A stretch of 64,000 nucleotides of DNA from an uncultured Acidobacteriota bacterium (lineage in GTDB: Bacteria; Acidobacteriota; Vicinamibacteria; Fen-336), in contig CAVUFF010000009.1 of assembly GCA_963740655.1 (NCBI GenBank), positions 366,814 to 430,813 of the forward strand. The letters are read 5' to 3'. Under the pieces are notes generated by a model. It searched no databases, was not told where the DNA came from, and saw only the letters and a program-made list of their open reading frames with translations. Below, in pieces: positions 27,941-37,084 of the stretch. The position numbers and the translations under genes were made by a program. The first letter of the stretch is position 1. Each line of letters starts with the position of its first letter.

Positions 27941-28786
27941 TCAGGCGACCAGCCGGTCCTCGGGCAGCGCGGCGTCGGCGGGCAGGTCCGGCAGCGCGCG
28001 CAGCTCGTCGTAGAGCGGCGTGAAGTCGGGCGCGGTCGCGTCGAACAGCTGCTCGAAGGCGTCGATCACGAAGTACGTCTCCTGGTAGGCGTCGATCCGG
28101 TAGCGGCTGCGCATGATGCGCCGGAGGTCGAACAGGACCCGCCGCGGCCTGGGGCTCTTGACCGCGTACTCGACCTCGCCCGGCGACGAGAGGATGCCGG
28201 CCCCGTAGCTGCGCAGGCCCTGCGGCGTGCGGATCAGGCCGAACTCGACGGTGTACCAGTAGAGCCGCGCGAGCCACGGAAGCGCGCCGAGCGCGTGGGC
28301 CTTCACGCCGCCGCGGCCGTAGGCCTGCATGTAGTCGGCGAAGACGGGGTTGAACAGCATCGGCACGTGGCCGAAGAAGTCGTGGAACACGTCGGGCTCC
28401 ACGATGTAGGAGAACTCGTGCTCGTCGCGGATCCACCAGGTGACCGGGAAGCGCCGGTTCGCGAGGTGCTCGAAGAACACGAGGTCGGGCACGAGCCCCG
28501 GCACCGCGACGAGCTGCCAGCGCGTGGCCGCGCCGAGCGGCGTGTTCACCTCCTCGAAGCGCGGGATGCCCCTGTCGTAGGGCAGCGCGCGGAGCGCCTG
28601 CAGGTACTCGTCGCAGGCGCGGCCGGGGACGAGCTCGATCTGGCGGCGATAGAGCCGTTGCCAGCGCTCCTGCTGCTCCTGGCTGTAGGCGCCGTAGTCC
28701 TGGTCGACCGTGTAGTCGGCCCGCATGCGGCTGTAGTCGCCGCGCAGCCCGTGGCTCGACTGGCCGTAGTTGGCCTGCGCGCTCAT
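27941..28786 (-). CDS. phhA: Phenylalanine 4-hydroxylase (bacterial aromatic amino acid hydroxylase)
   Basis: Internal ATG at 28786 of track ORF 27941..28924. PDVFHDFFGHVPML iron ligands, LARLYWYTVEFGLI and YGAGILSSPGE. Confidence 0.9.
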   Translation of the reverse strand: MSAQANYGQSSHGLRGDYSRMRADYTVDQDYGAYSQEQQERWQRLYRRQIELVPGRACDEYLQALRALPYDRGIPRFEEVNTPLGAATRWQLVAVPGLVPDLVFFEHLANRRFPVTWWIRDEHEFSYIVEPDVFHDFFGHVPMLFNPVFADYMQAYGRGGVKAHALGALPWLARLYWYTVEFGLIRTPQGLRSYGAGILSSPGEVEYAVKSPRPRRVLFDLRRIMRSRYRIDAYQETYFVIDAFEQLFDATAPDFTPLYDELRALPDLPADAALPEDRLVA

Positions 28787-28922
28787 CCGGAGCCTCTTAC
28801 CCTTCGATCGTAACCGATCGCCACCACGCCCGGCCACGCCACACGCCTTTTGACGTGGCCAGAGCAGCGTCTTGCGGAATCGGGGCGTTTCGAGGGACGT
28901 TAGGATCGAGCGGAGGAGCCCC

Positions 28923-30074
28923 ATGAAGCTGAGGCTTTCGATCTTCTCGGCGCTCGTCGCCGGCTACTTGGTGTGGCTGCTGGCGGGGGCGCACGCGCGC
29001 GGAGCCTCTCTGGCCGCGACGGAGGCGGGGCTCGCGCGAGCGACCTTCGCGGGCGGCTGCTTCTGGTGCATGGACCCGCCCTACACCAGGATCCCTGGCG
29101 TGAAGTCCGTCACCGTCGGCTACGCGGGCGGGCGCGTCAAGAACCCGAGCTACGAGCTCGTCTCGACGGGGATGACGGGCCACGCCGAGTCCGTGCAGGT
29201 GGCCTACGATCCGGCAAAAGTGAGCTACGAGCAGCTGCTCCAGGTCTTCTGGCGCAACGTGGACCCGACGGACGCGGGCGGGCAGTTCTGCGACCGCGGC
29301 AGCCAGTACCGCACGGTCATCTTCTACGAAGGCGAGTCGCAGAAGCAGGCCGCGCTCGCCTCGAAGACGGCGCTCGAGGCCTCGAAGGTGCTCGGCAGGC
29401 CGATCGTGACCGAGGTCGAGCCGCTCGACGCGTTCTACCCCGCCGAGGACTACCACCAGGGCTTCTGCCGCAAGAACCCGGGACGCTACGAGAGCTATCG
29501 CATGGGATGCGGCCGCGACCAGAGGCTCGACGCGCTCTGGGGCAAGGTGAAGCCAATGCCGGCGCCGGCGCCCCCCGCGGGCGCCACGAAAGGAAGTGCG
29601 AGCGTGAAGGACGGAAGCTTTACGAAGCCGGCGAAGGCCGAGCTCGAGAAGTCGCTCACCCCGCTCCAGTACGAGGTGACGCAGGAGAGCGGGACCGAGC
29701 GGGCGTTCACGGGTACCTACTGGAACAACCACGAGCCGGGGATCTACGTCGACGTGGTCTCGGGCGAGCCGCTCTTCTCCTCGCTCGACAAGTTCGACTC
29801 GGGCACCGGCTGGCCGAGCTTCACGCGCCCGCTCGTGGCGGAGAACGTCGCCTCGAAGACGGACGCCTCTGACGGCATGCTGCGCACCGAGGTGCGCTCG
29901 AAGCACGCGGATTCCCACCTCGGCCACGTCTTCGACGACGGCCCGCGCCCGACGGGCCTGCGCTACTGCATCAACTCCGCGTCGCTGCGCTTCGTGCCGC
30001 TCGCGAAGCTCGAGGTGGAAGGCTACGGCGCGTACAAGGTGCTCTTCGAACAGAAGGCGGCGGCCTTGAAATAG
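28923..30074 (+). CDS. msrAB: Exported bifunctional methionine sulfoxide reductase MsrA-MsrB fusion
   Basis: ATG at 28923 follows GGAGGAG. Signal/anchor [25 protein letters not shown]. MsrA motifs GGCFWCMDP and AEDYHQ. MsrB motifs [15 protein letters not shown] and RYCINS. Confidence 0.9.
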   Translation: MKLRLSIFSALVAGYLVWLLAGAHARGASLAATEAGLARATFAGGCFWCMDPPYTRIPGVKSVTVGYAGGRVKNPSYELVSTGMTGHAESVQVAYDPAKVSYEQLLQVFWRNVDPTDAGGQFCDRGSQYRTVIFYEGESQKQAALASKTALEASKVLGRPIVTEVEPLDAFYPAEDYHQGFCRKNPGRYESYRMGCGRDQRLDALWGKVKPMPAPAPPAGATKGSASVKDGSFTKPAKAELEKSLTPLQYEVTQESGTERAFTGTYWNNHEPGIYVDVVSGEPLFSSLDKFDSGTGWPSFTRPLVAENVASKTDASDGMLRTEVRSKHADSHLGHVFDDGPRPTGLRYCINSASLRFVPLAKLEVEGYGAYKVLFEQKAAALK

Positions 30075-30279
30075 CCGGAGCCGCTCGCGCAACGCATAAG
30101 CCCTAGGCGGATCTTCCCGACCTGGGCCATCGGGCCTATGGCGCAGGACGTGGCTCGCGCGAGCGGCCGCGCCGCAAGTCGTTGAGAATCCGCGGGGCTG
30201 AGCGCCGCTTGCGCGGCTTCCGCGGGGGCATGCGGCTTGCTACTCTCGCGCTCCAGTTTCCTCCCTGGAGGTGTGTCTC

Positions 30280-33193
30280 ATGGCGTGGCGCCGCGACGGG
30301 GCGTCCTGGGCTGTGCCGGCCGCGGTCGCGCTGGGGCTCAACAGCGCGTACCTCGCGCTCCGGAGCGACCCGAACCCCTTCTACTTCGCGAACGTCGCGC
30401 TGCATCCGCTGCTCGGGCTCGCGCTCGCGGCGAGCGTCTTTCCGCGCGTGCGGCGCGGCTTTCGCGCGCTCGCCGGGCCGGAGAAGCTCGCGGCGCTGCT
30501 GCTCGGTGGCGCCACGGCGCTCGGCCTGGTCCTGCTGCTGACGGGCGCGACGCGTCCCTATCGTCCGATCCTCTGGGTCCACATCGCACTCGCGGCCATG
30601 GGCGCCGCCATCCTCGTCGGCCGCGCCGCGTCCGGTGCTTTCGCCTGGCTGCCCAAGCGGAGCTGGAGCCGCGAGCTCGCGATCCTCGCGTTCGCGGGCG
30701 CAGCGCTCACGCCGGCCCTGCGCTACCACGCGGACTACGTGGCGCCCAACGGACGCCGCATCGTGAACCCGGCGCTGCCTCCGCTCAGCATGGACGGCGA
30801 AGGCGCCGGCCCGCGCTCGCCCTTCTTCCCGTCCTCCGCCGACACCGACAGCGGCAAGATCATCCCGGCCAACTTCTTCATGACGAGTGCCACCTGCGGC
30901 AAGTGCCACAAGGACATCTACGACCAGTGGAACGCGTCGGCGCACCACTTCTCGTCTTTCAACAACCAGTGGTACCGCAAGGCGATCGAGTACATGCAGG
31001 ACGTCGTCGGCACGCGGCCCACCAAGTGGTGCGCGGGCTGCCACGACCACGCGGTCTTCTTCAACGGCCGCTTCGACCGGCCGATCAAGGAGCAGGTCGA
31101 GACACCCGAGGCGCAGAACGGGCTCGGCTGCACCTCCTGCCACTCGATCGTGCACGTGCGCAGCACGATGGGACAGGCCGACTTCGAGATCGAGTACCCG
31201 CCGCTGCACGACCTCGCGGTGAGCGAGAACCCGGTGCTCGCCTGGACCCACGACTACCTGCTGAAGCTCGACCCGGCGCCGCACCGCAAGGTGTTCCTGA
31301 AGAGCTTCCACCGCGAGCAGACCGCGGAGTTCTGCTCCTCCTGCCACAAGGTGCACCTGGACGTGCCGGTGAACGACTACCGCTGGTTCCGCGGCTTCAA
31401 CGACTACGACAACTGGCAGGCCTCGGGGGTTTCGGGCCAGGGGGCGCGTTCCTTCTACTACCCGCCCAAGCCGCAGAAGTGCAGCGACTGCCACATGCCG
31501 CTCGTCGCCTCGAACGACCCCGTGGCGCACGACGGCGGCAAGGTGAAGTCGCACCGCTTCGCAGCCGCCAACACCGCGCTGCCGTTCGTCAACGGCGACC
31601 ACGAGCAGCTGCGCATCACGCAGGAGTTCCTGAAGGACGGGGTCGTGAGCGTGGACGTCTTCGGACTCGTGCCGGGCGAGCAGCCGGGCCCGCCGGCCGA
31701 GACGCGCACGGCGAAGGCCGGCGAGCCGCGGATCGCGAGCACGTTCGCGGTCGGCGAGGAGGGCGGCAGCCTGGGCGCGTCGCAGACGGTGCTGCGCGAC
31801 GTGGCGCCGATGCTGGCCCCGCTCGGCAAGGTGGACGCGGCGCTCCGGCGCGGGGAGTCGGCCCGGGTCGAGGTCGTGGTCCGTACGCGCAAGGTCGGCC
31901 ACTTCTTCCCGGGCGGCACCGTCGACGCGTTCGACGTCGTGGGTCGAGCTCGAGGCGGTCGACTCGAACGGCAAGACCGTCTTCCACAGCGGCGAGGTGA
32001 CGCAGGGCGGCAAGGGCCCGGTCGAGCCGGGCGCGCACTTCTACCGGAGCCTGCTGCTCGACGAGCACGGCAACCCGATCAACAAGCGGAACGCCTGGGC
32101 CGCGCGCTCGCTCGCCTACGTGCGGCTGATCCCGCCGGGCGCCGCCGACACCATCCACTACCGGCTGCGCATACCGGAGGACTGCGGCGACACGGTCACG
32201 CTCCGCGCGAAGGTCAACTACCGCAAGTTCACGTGGTGGAACACGCAGTGGGCCTTCGCCGGCGTGCGCGACCCACAGCAGCCGAAGTTCGGCCTCGCGA
32301 AGTCCTACGACGACGGCAAGTGGGTCTTCACGGGCGACACCTCGAAGGTCTCGGGCGGCGTGAAGGCGATCCCCGACATCCCGACGACGGTGATGGCGGA
32401 GGCGAAGGCCGAGCTGCGCATCCTGCCGAAGGGCGCGCCGGCGCCCGAGCCGAAGGCCTACCTCGACCGCTCGGTGCGCGAGCGCTGGAACGACTACGGC
32501 ATCGGCCTGCTGCTGCAGGGCGACCTGCGCGGCGCCGAGGCGGCGTTCGTGAAGGTGACCGAGATGGAGCCGGGCTACGCCGACGGCTTGGTGAACGTGG
32601 CGCGCGTCCGGATCCAGGAGGGCGCGATGGCCGACGCCGTGAGCTGGCTCGAGAAGGCGCTCGCCGTCGATCCGAGGCTCGCCAAGACGCACTTCTTCCT
32701 CGGCAGCGCGCTGAAGGCGCTCGGCCGCTACGACGAGGCGCTCGAGCACACGCGGATCGCGGAGGCGCAGTACCCGCGCGACCGCGTCGTCGCGAACCAG
32801 GTCGGCCGGATGCTGTTCCTGAAGCGCCAGCACCAGGACGCGGCGGCCGAGCTCCAGAAGGTCCTCGCGGTCGATCCCGAGGACCTGCAGGCGCACTACA
32901 ACCTGATGCTGGCCTACCAGGGAGCGGGAAACACCGAGATGGCGAAGAAGCACCAGGTGCTCTACGAGCGCTTCAAGGCCGACGAGGCCTCGCAGTTCAT
33001 CACCGGGCCCTACCGGCAGCTGCACCCCGACGACAACAACGAGCGGCAGTCGATCCACGAGCACCGGAGCTACGAGCCCGCCAAGGCGGCTCCCGCCGCG
33101 GCGAAGCCGGGCTACAAGGTGGCGCGGCGCTCGGGCGCGCCCGCACCCGAAGCCAGGCCACAGCCTGTCTCGGGCGTCGGTGGCCGGAGGTGA
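30280..33193 (+). pseudogene. Membrane-anchored pentahaem c-type cytochrome with C-terminal TPR array, interrupted by one +1 frame change at about 31939
   Basis: ATG at 30280 follows GGAGG. Four or five N-terminal TM helices. Five CxxCH motifs (CGKCH, CAGCH, CTSCH, CSSCH, CSDCH). Frame 1 reads ..GTVDAFDV, then an extra g at 31939, then frame 2 reads WVELEAVDSNGKTVFHSGEVTQGG.. (track ORF 31997..33193) with TPR repeats. Confidence 0.75.
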
Positions 33194-34877
33194 GGCGCGC
33201 GCTCGGCGTCCTCGCGCTGTCAGCCGCCGCCGTCGCGACCTTGTCCTTTCCGCGCGTCCACGCGCAAGCACCCGCCGCCTCCGGCGTCGTCTTCAAGGAC
33301 GCCACGGCCGCGTCGGGCATCGCCTTCCGCCACACGAACGGCGCCTTCGGCAAGAAGTACCTGCCGGAGACGATGGGCTCGGGCGTCGTCGTGCTCGACT
33401 TCGACGGCGACGGCTGGCCGGACCTCTTCTTCGTGAACTCGACGCACTGGCCGGGCCGTCCCGAGAAGGCCGGCCTGCCGGCTCTCTACCGGAACGACGG
33501 CAGGGGCCATTCACGGACGTGACGCAGGCCGCCGGCCTCGCGGTCGAGCTGTACGGGCTCGGGGCGACCGCGGCCGACTACGACAACGACGGCAAGGTGG
33601 ACCTCTACGTCACCGCACTCGGCGGCAACCAGCTCTTCCGCAACCTGGGCGGCGGGAAGTTCGCGGACGTGACGGCCAAGGCCGGCGTCGCCGACTCGGG
33701 CTTCTCCACGAGCGCGATGTTCTTCGACTACGACAAGGACGGCCGGCTCGACCTGGTCGTCGCGCACTACGTGGCCTGGTCGATCGAGAAGGACCTCTTC
33801 TGCACGCTCGACGGCAAGAACAAGTCCTACTGCACGCCCGAGTCCTACAAGGGCGAGAGCCTCCGCCTCTACCACGGCAAGCCGGCGACGGCACCTTCGA
33901 GGACGCGACCCAGAAGGCCGGCCTGCTCGACGCGCGGCGCCAAGGCGCTCGGCGTCGCGGTGCTCGACTTCGACGGCGACGGCTGGCCGGACCTCTTCGT
34001 GGCCAACGACACGCAGCCCAACAAGCTCTTCCGGAACAACGGCAACGGCAGCTTCACCGACGTGGGTGTCGCCGCGGGCGTCGCCTTCGGCGAGACCGGC
34101 GTCGCGCGCGCCGGCATGGGCGTCGGACGCGGCCGACTACAGCGGCAGCGGCCGGCCGCTCGCTCCTGATCGGCAACTTCTCGAACGAGATGATCGGCGC
34201 TCTACCACAACGAGGGCGACGGGCTCTTCATCGACGAGGCGCCCGTCCTCGACGGTCGGCCAGGCGTCGCTCCTGACCCTCACCTTCGCTGCCTTCTTCT
34301 TCGACTTCGACCTCGACGGCCGGCTCGACATCTTCGCGGTCAACGGCCACGTCGCCGACGACATCGCAGACGGTGCAGCCCAAGGTGACGTACGCGCAGG
34401 CGCCGCACCTCTTCCGCAACCTGGGCGGCAAGAGGTTCGAGGACGTGGCCTCGAAGCTCGGCCCGGACTTCGTGCGGCCGATGGTCGCGCGCGGTGCGGC
34501 CTACCTGCGACTTCGACGGCGACGGCGACCTCGACCTGGTCGTCACCGCCAACGGCGGCCCGGCGGTGCTGCTGCGGAACGACGGCGGCAACCGGAGCCA
34601 CTGGCTGCGCGTGAAGCTCGTCGGCACGAAGTCGAACCGGGACGGCATCGGCGCCAAGGTGACGGTCACGCTGCCGGGCGGAGGGAAGAGCTGGGGCGTC
34701 GTGAAGACCGGCTCGAGCTACTGCTCGCAGAGCGAGCTGCCGCTCAGCTTCGGCCTCGGCCCGGCCGACAAGGCGGACTCGGTCGAGGTCGCCTGGCCGA
34801 GCGGCCAGGTCGACAAGCTCGGCTCACAAGTTGCCAACCGCACGGTCACGGTGACGGAAGGATCGGGCGCACGCTAG
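33190..34877 (+). pseudogene. CRTAC1-family FG-GAP/VCBS repeat protein with ASPIC/UnbV C-terminal domain, broken by at least 9 single-nt frame changes
   Basis: GTG at 33190 overlaps the upstream stop (GTGA). Signal peptide VRRALGVLALSAAAVATLSFPRVHA. Repeated DFDGDGWPDLF / DYDNDGKVDLY / DYDKDGRLDLV / DFDLDGRLDIF / DFDGDGDLDLV motifs. C-terminus is SNRDGIGAKVTV..SSYCSQSELPLSFGLG..VEVAWPSG. The reading frame must be followed through track ORFs 30271.., 33180.., 34066.., 34373.. and 34494.. plus two unlisted segments. Confidence 0.8.
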
Positions 34878-34927
34878 CGCCGGCCCGGCTGTGCGCTGCG
34901 GAAAATCTCATGAGCTGCGCGAAAAGC

Positions 34928-35344
34928 TCATGAGTTGCCGTTTTTTACGATGACGTGTGAGCCCTTCGTCAGATAGACGAGCAGGCCGACCACGACCGGG
35001 ATGCCGACGAGCGCGCGCGGCTCGGTACCGGTGGCGACGTTCAGGACGTCGCCGCCGAGCTGGACCAGCAGGACGACGATCGCGGCCGTGCGGCCCCAGG
35101 GGCGCATGCGCCAGAGACCGACTCCGGCGGTTGCGCAGGCGAGCGAGGCGGCAGTCATCAGCAGGACGCCCCAGCCGCCGAGCGCGGCGAGCCCCTGGTG
35201 CCCGCGAGGGTTGAGGCGCCACATCGGCTCGAGGAATCCGCCCGGGAACGCGAGCGACAGCGCGGCGATGCCCGCCAGGAGCGCGCCCGCGAGAAAGAAG
35301 AGGCTCAGCAGCGTGACGCCGAGCGGGCGGGCGGACTGACTCAC
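34928..35344 (-). CDS. Small 4-TM membrane protein (hypothetical)
   Basis: Track ORF 34928..35365. GTG at 35344 forms a GTGA overlap with the methyltransferase stop. Four hydrophobic segments. Confidence 0.6.
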   Translation of the reverse strand: MSQSARPLGVTLLSLFFLAGALLAGIAALSLAFPGGFLEPMWRLNPRGHQGLAALGGWGVLLMTAASLACATAGVGLWRMRPWGRTAAIVVLLVQLGGDVLNVATGTEPRALVGIPVVVGLLVYLTKGSHVIVKNGNS

Positions 35345-36135
35345 TTCGAGCCTTGCACCGCCCACGCCCGCGCGCTCAGCCGGATGACACCGTCGGCATC
35401 CGGCTTCAGGCGCCGCGTCAGCGCCTCACGCAGCCCCTCCTGCTGCCCCGGAGAAAGCGCAGCCGCGTACGACGGCGCCGGGCCCGTTCCCTGGAGGAAC
35501 GGACGCCAGAACTCGTCGAAGCTCCGGAAGTGCGTGGGGACCACGAGGCCCTCGACGGCGACGTTCCTGAGGCCGGCCTTCCCGAAGAGCGCGGACAAGG
35601 CGTCGGGCCGGCACAGTGGAAAGCGGCGGCCTTCGTCGAGCGCCTCGGCCTTCGGGTCGAGCGCCCCGGCCGCGTCCCAGAACGCCCGCAGGAACTCCAT
35701 GCCCTCGGCGTAGTCCCAGACGCACGCGCCGACCGTGCCGCCCTCGCGGAGGCGTTCCTTCATGCTCGCGACGGCGGCCAACGGGTTCGGCAGCAGGTTG
35801 AGCACCAGTGCGGACACGGCGTAGTCGAAGAAGCCCGGTTCCCCCGGGAGACGGTCGGCGCCCGCGACCGTGAACGTGACGCGCGGGTCGCCGATCGACT
35901 TCCTGGCGTGGTCCACGAACGACTCCGAGGGGTCGCAGGCCAGGACGGACTCCGGCTCCGCCCGCTCGCAGATCGCGTGGGTGAGCGCGCCCGTGCCGCA
36001 GCCGATCTCGAGCCAGGCGGCGGCGCTCTTTGGACGAAGCCAGTGGACGAACGAGACGGCGAGCGGCCGGCTCCAGCGGCCCATGTAGCCTTCGTACGCT
36101 TCGCCCGCGACCCAGTGGTCGTCCGCGGCCGGCAC
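35341..36135 (-). CDS. Class I SAM-dependent methyltransferase
   Basis: SAM-binding motif WLEIGCGTGALTHAI, with a conserved YMGRWSRPLA N-terminal region. GTG start at 36135. Confidence 0.85.
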   Translation of the reverse strand: MPAADDHWVAGEAYEGYMGRWSRPLAVSFVHWLRPKSAAAWLEIGCGTGALTHAICERAEPESVLACDPSESFVDHARKSIGDPRVTFTVAGADRLPGEPGFFDYAVSALVLNLLPNPLAAVASMKERLREGGTVGACVWDYAEGMEFLRAFWDAAGALDPKAEALDEGRRFPLCRPDALSALFGKAGLRNVAVEGLVVPTHFRSFDEFWRPFLQGTGPAPSYAAALSPGQQEGLREALTRRLKPDADGVIRLSARAWAVQGSK

Positions 36136-36144
36136 GCGCGGGTC

Positions 36145-36207
36145 CTACTGGACGGCTTCGACCAGCGAGTCGAAGACGCGCAGCTTCTTCCAGTTCTTCT
36201 GGTACAT
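36145..36207 (-). CDS. 20-aa small ORF (MYQKNWKKLRVFDSLVEAVQ) heading the methyltransferase operon
   Basis: ATG at 36207 lies 4-5 nt after GAGGGAGG. 18 of 19 sense codons after the ATG end in G/C, like the host genes. The TAG stop is 9 nt before the methyltransferase GTG. Confidence 0.45.
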   Translation of the reverse strand: MYQKNWKKLRVFDSLVEAVQ

Positions 36208-36264
36208 GGGGCCTCCCTCGGGCGAATCGCCGCATGATACAAGGCGCCAGAGTAGACTGAACAG

Positions 36265-37041
36265 GTGGGGTATTTCGCCGACAAGGTCGTGATCGTGACC
36301 GGGGCCGCGGCCGGCATCGGGCGCGCGACCGCGCTGCGCTTCGCCGGCGAGGGCGCGCGCGTGGCGGGCTTCGACGTGGACCAGGAGAAGGGCCTGGCGC
36401 TCGTCGACGAGATCATGACCGACGGCGGCCAGGGCTGGTTCGAGGCCGTGAACGTGGCCGACGCCTACTCGGTCGCGAACGGCGTCGCCGCCGTGGCCGA
36501 GCGCTGGGGCCGGATCGACGTGCTCGTGAACAACGCCGGCATCCTGCGCGACGCGCAGCTCGTGAAGTGGAAGGACGGCGCGCTCGCCGCGACGCTCGGC
36601 GACGAGGCCTGGGACGCGGTGATCGACGTCAACCTGCGCGGCGTCTTCCACTGCACGCGCGCCGCGGTGCCGCACATGATCAAGGGCGGCGGCGGCGTGG
36701 TGCTGAACGCGTCCTCGGTCGTGGGCCTCTACGGCAACTTCGGCCAGACCAACTACGTCGCGAGCAAGGCCGGCGTCGTCGGCATGACGCGCACCTGGGC
36801 GCGCGAGCTCGGCCGCTACAAGATCCGCGTCAACGCCGTGGCGCCGGGATACGTGAAGACCGAGATCCTGAGCGCGATGCCGCAGAAGATCCTCGACGCG
36901 ATGGTCGAGCACACACCGCTCGGCCGGATCGGCGCGCCCGACGACATCGCCAACGCGTACCTCTGGCTCGCCTCCGACCAGGCGAGCTTCGTCACGGGCC
37001 ACTGCCTGTCCGTCGACGGCGGAGTCGTCGTGGGCACGTAG
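36265..37041 (+). CDS. Short-chain dehydrogenase/reductase (FabG-like 3-oxoacyl reductase)
   Basis: VVIVTGAAAGIGRATA, LVNNAGI, SSVVGLYGNFGQTNYVASKAGV and PGYVKT. Confidence 0.9.
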   Translation: MGYFADKVVIVTGAAAGIGRATALRFAGEGARVAGFDVDQEKGLALVDEIMTDGGQGWFEAVNVADAYSVANGVAAVAERWGRIDVLVNNAGILRDAQLVKWKDGALAATLGDEAWDAVIDVNLRGVFHCTRAAVPHMIKGGGGVVLNASSVVGLYGNFGQTNYVASKAGVVGMTRTWARELGRYKIRVNAVAPGYVKTEILSAMPQKILDAMVEHTPLGRIGAPDDIANAYLWLASDQASFVTGHCLSVDGGVVVGT

Positions 37042-37084
37042 GGTCAGGTCTTGAGTTGAAGAATTCGTGCGGAAGGAGCCCGTC

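Noticed and set aside
33190-34877. Programmed ribosomal frameshifting or recoding as an explanation for the multi-frame CRTAC1 gene
   Set aside because: Nine shifts in both directions, with no shared slippery heptamer or downstream structure at the sites. This is incompatible with known programmed frameshift mechanisms. Indels, real or assembly-derived, are the simpler explanation.
34888-34935. Two CTCATGAG palindromes 12 nt apart, plus a T-run, between the convergent CRTAC1 and membrane-protein genes
   Set aside because: The second palindrome and the T-run are part of the coding end of the minus-strand gene (..VKNGNS*). What remains is a short AT-richer convergent spacer. It is possibly a weak bidirectional terminator but not distinctive.
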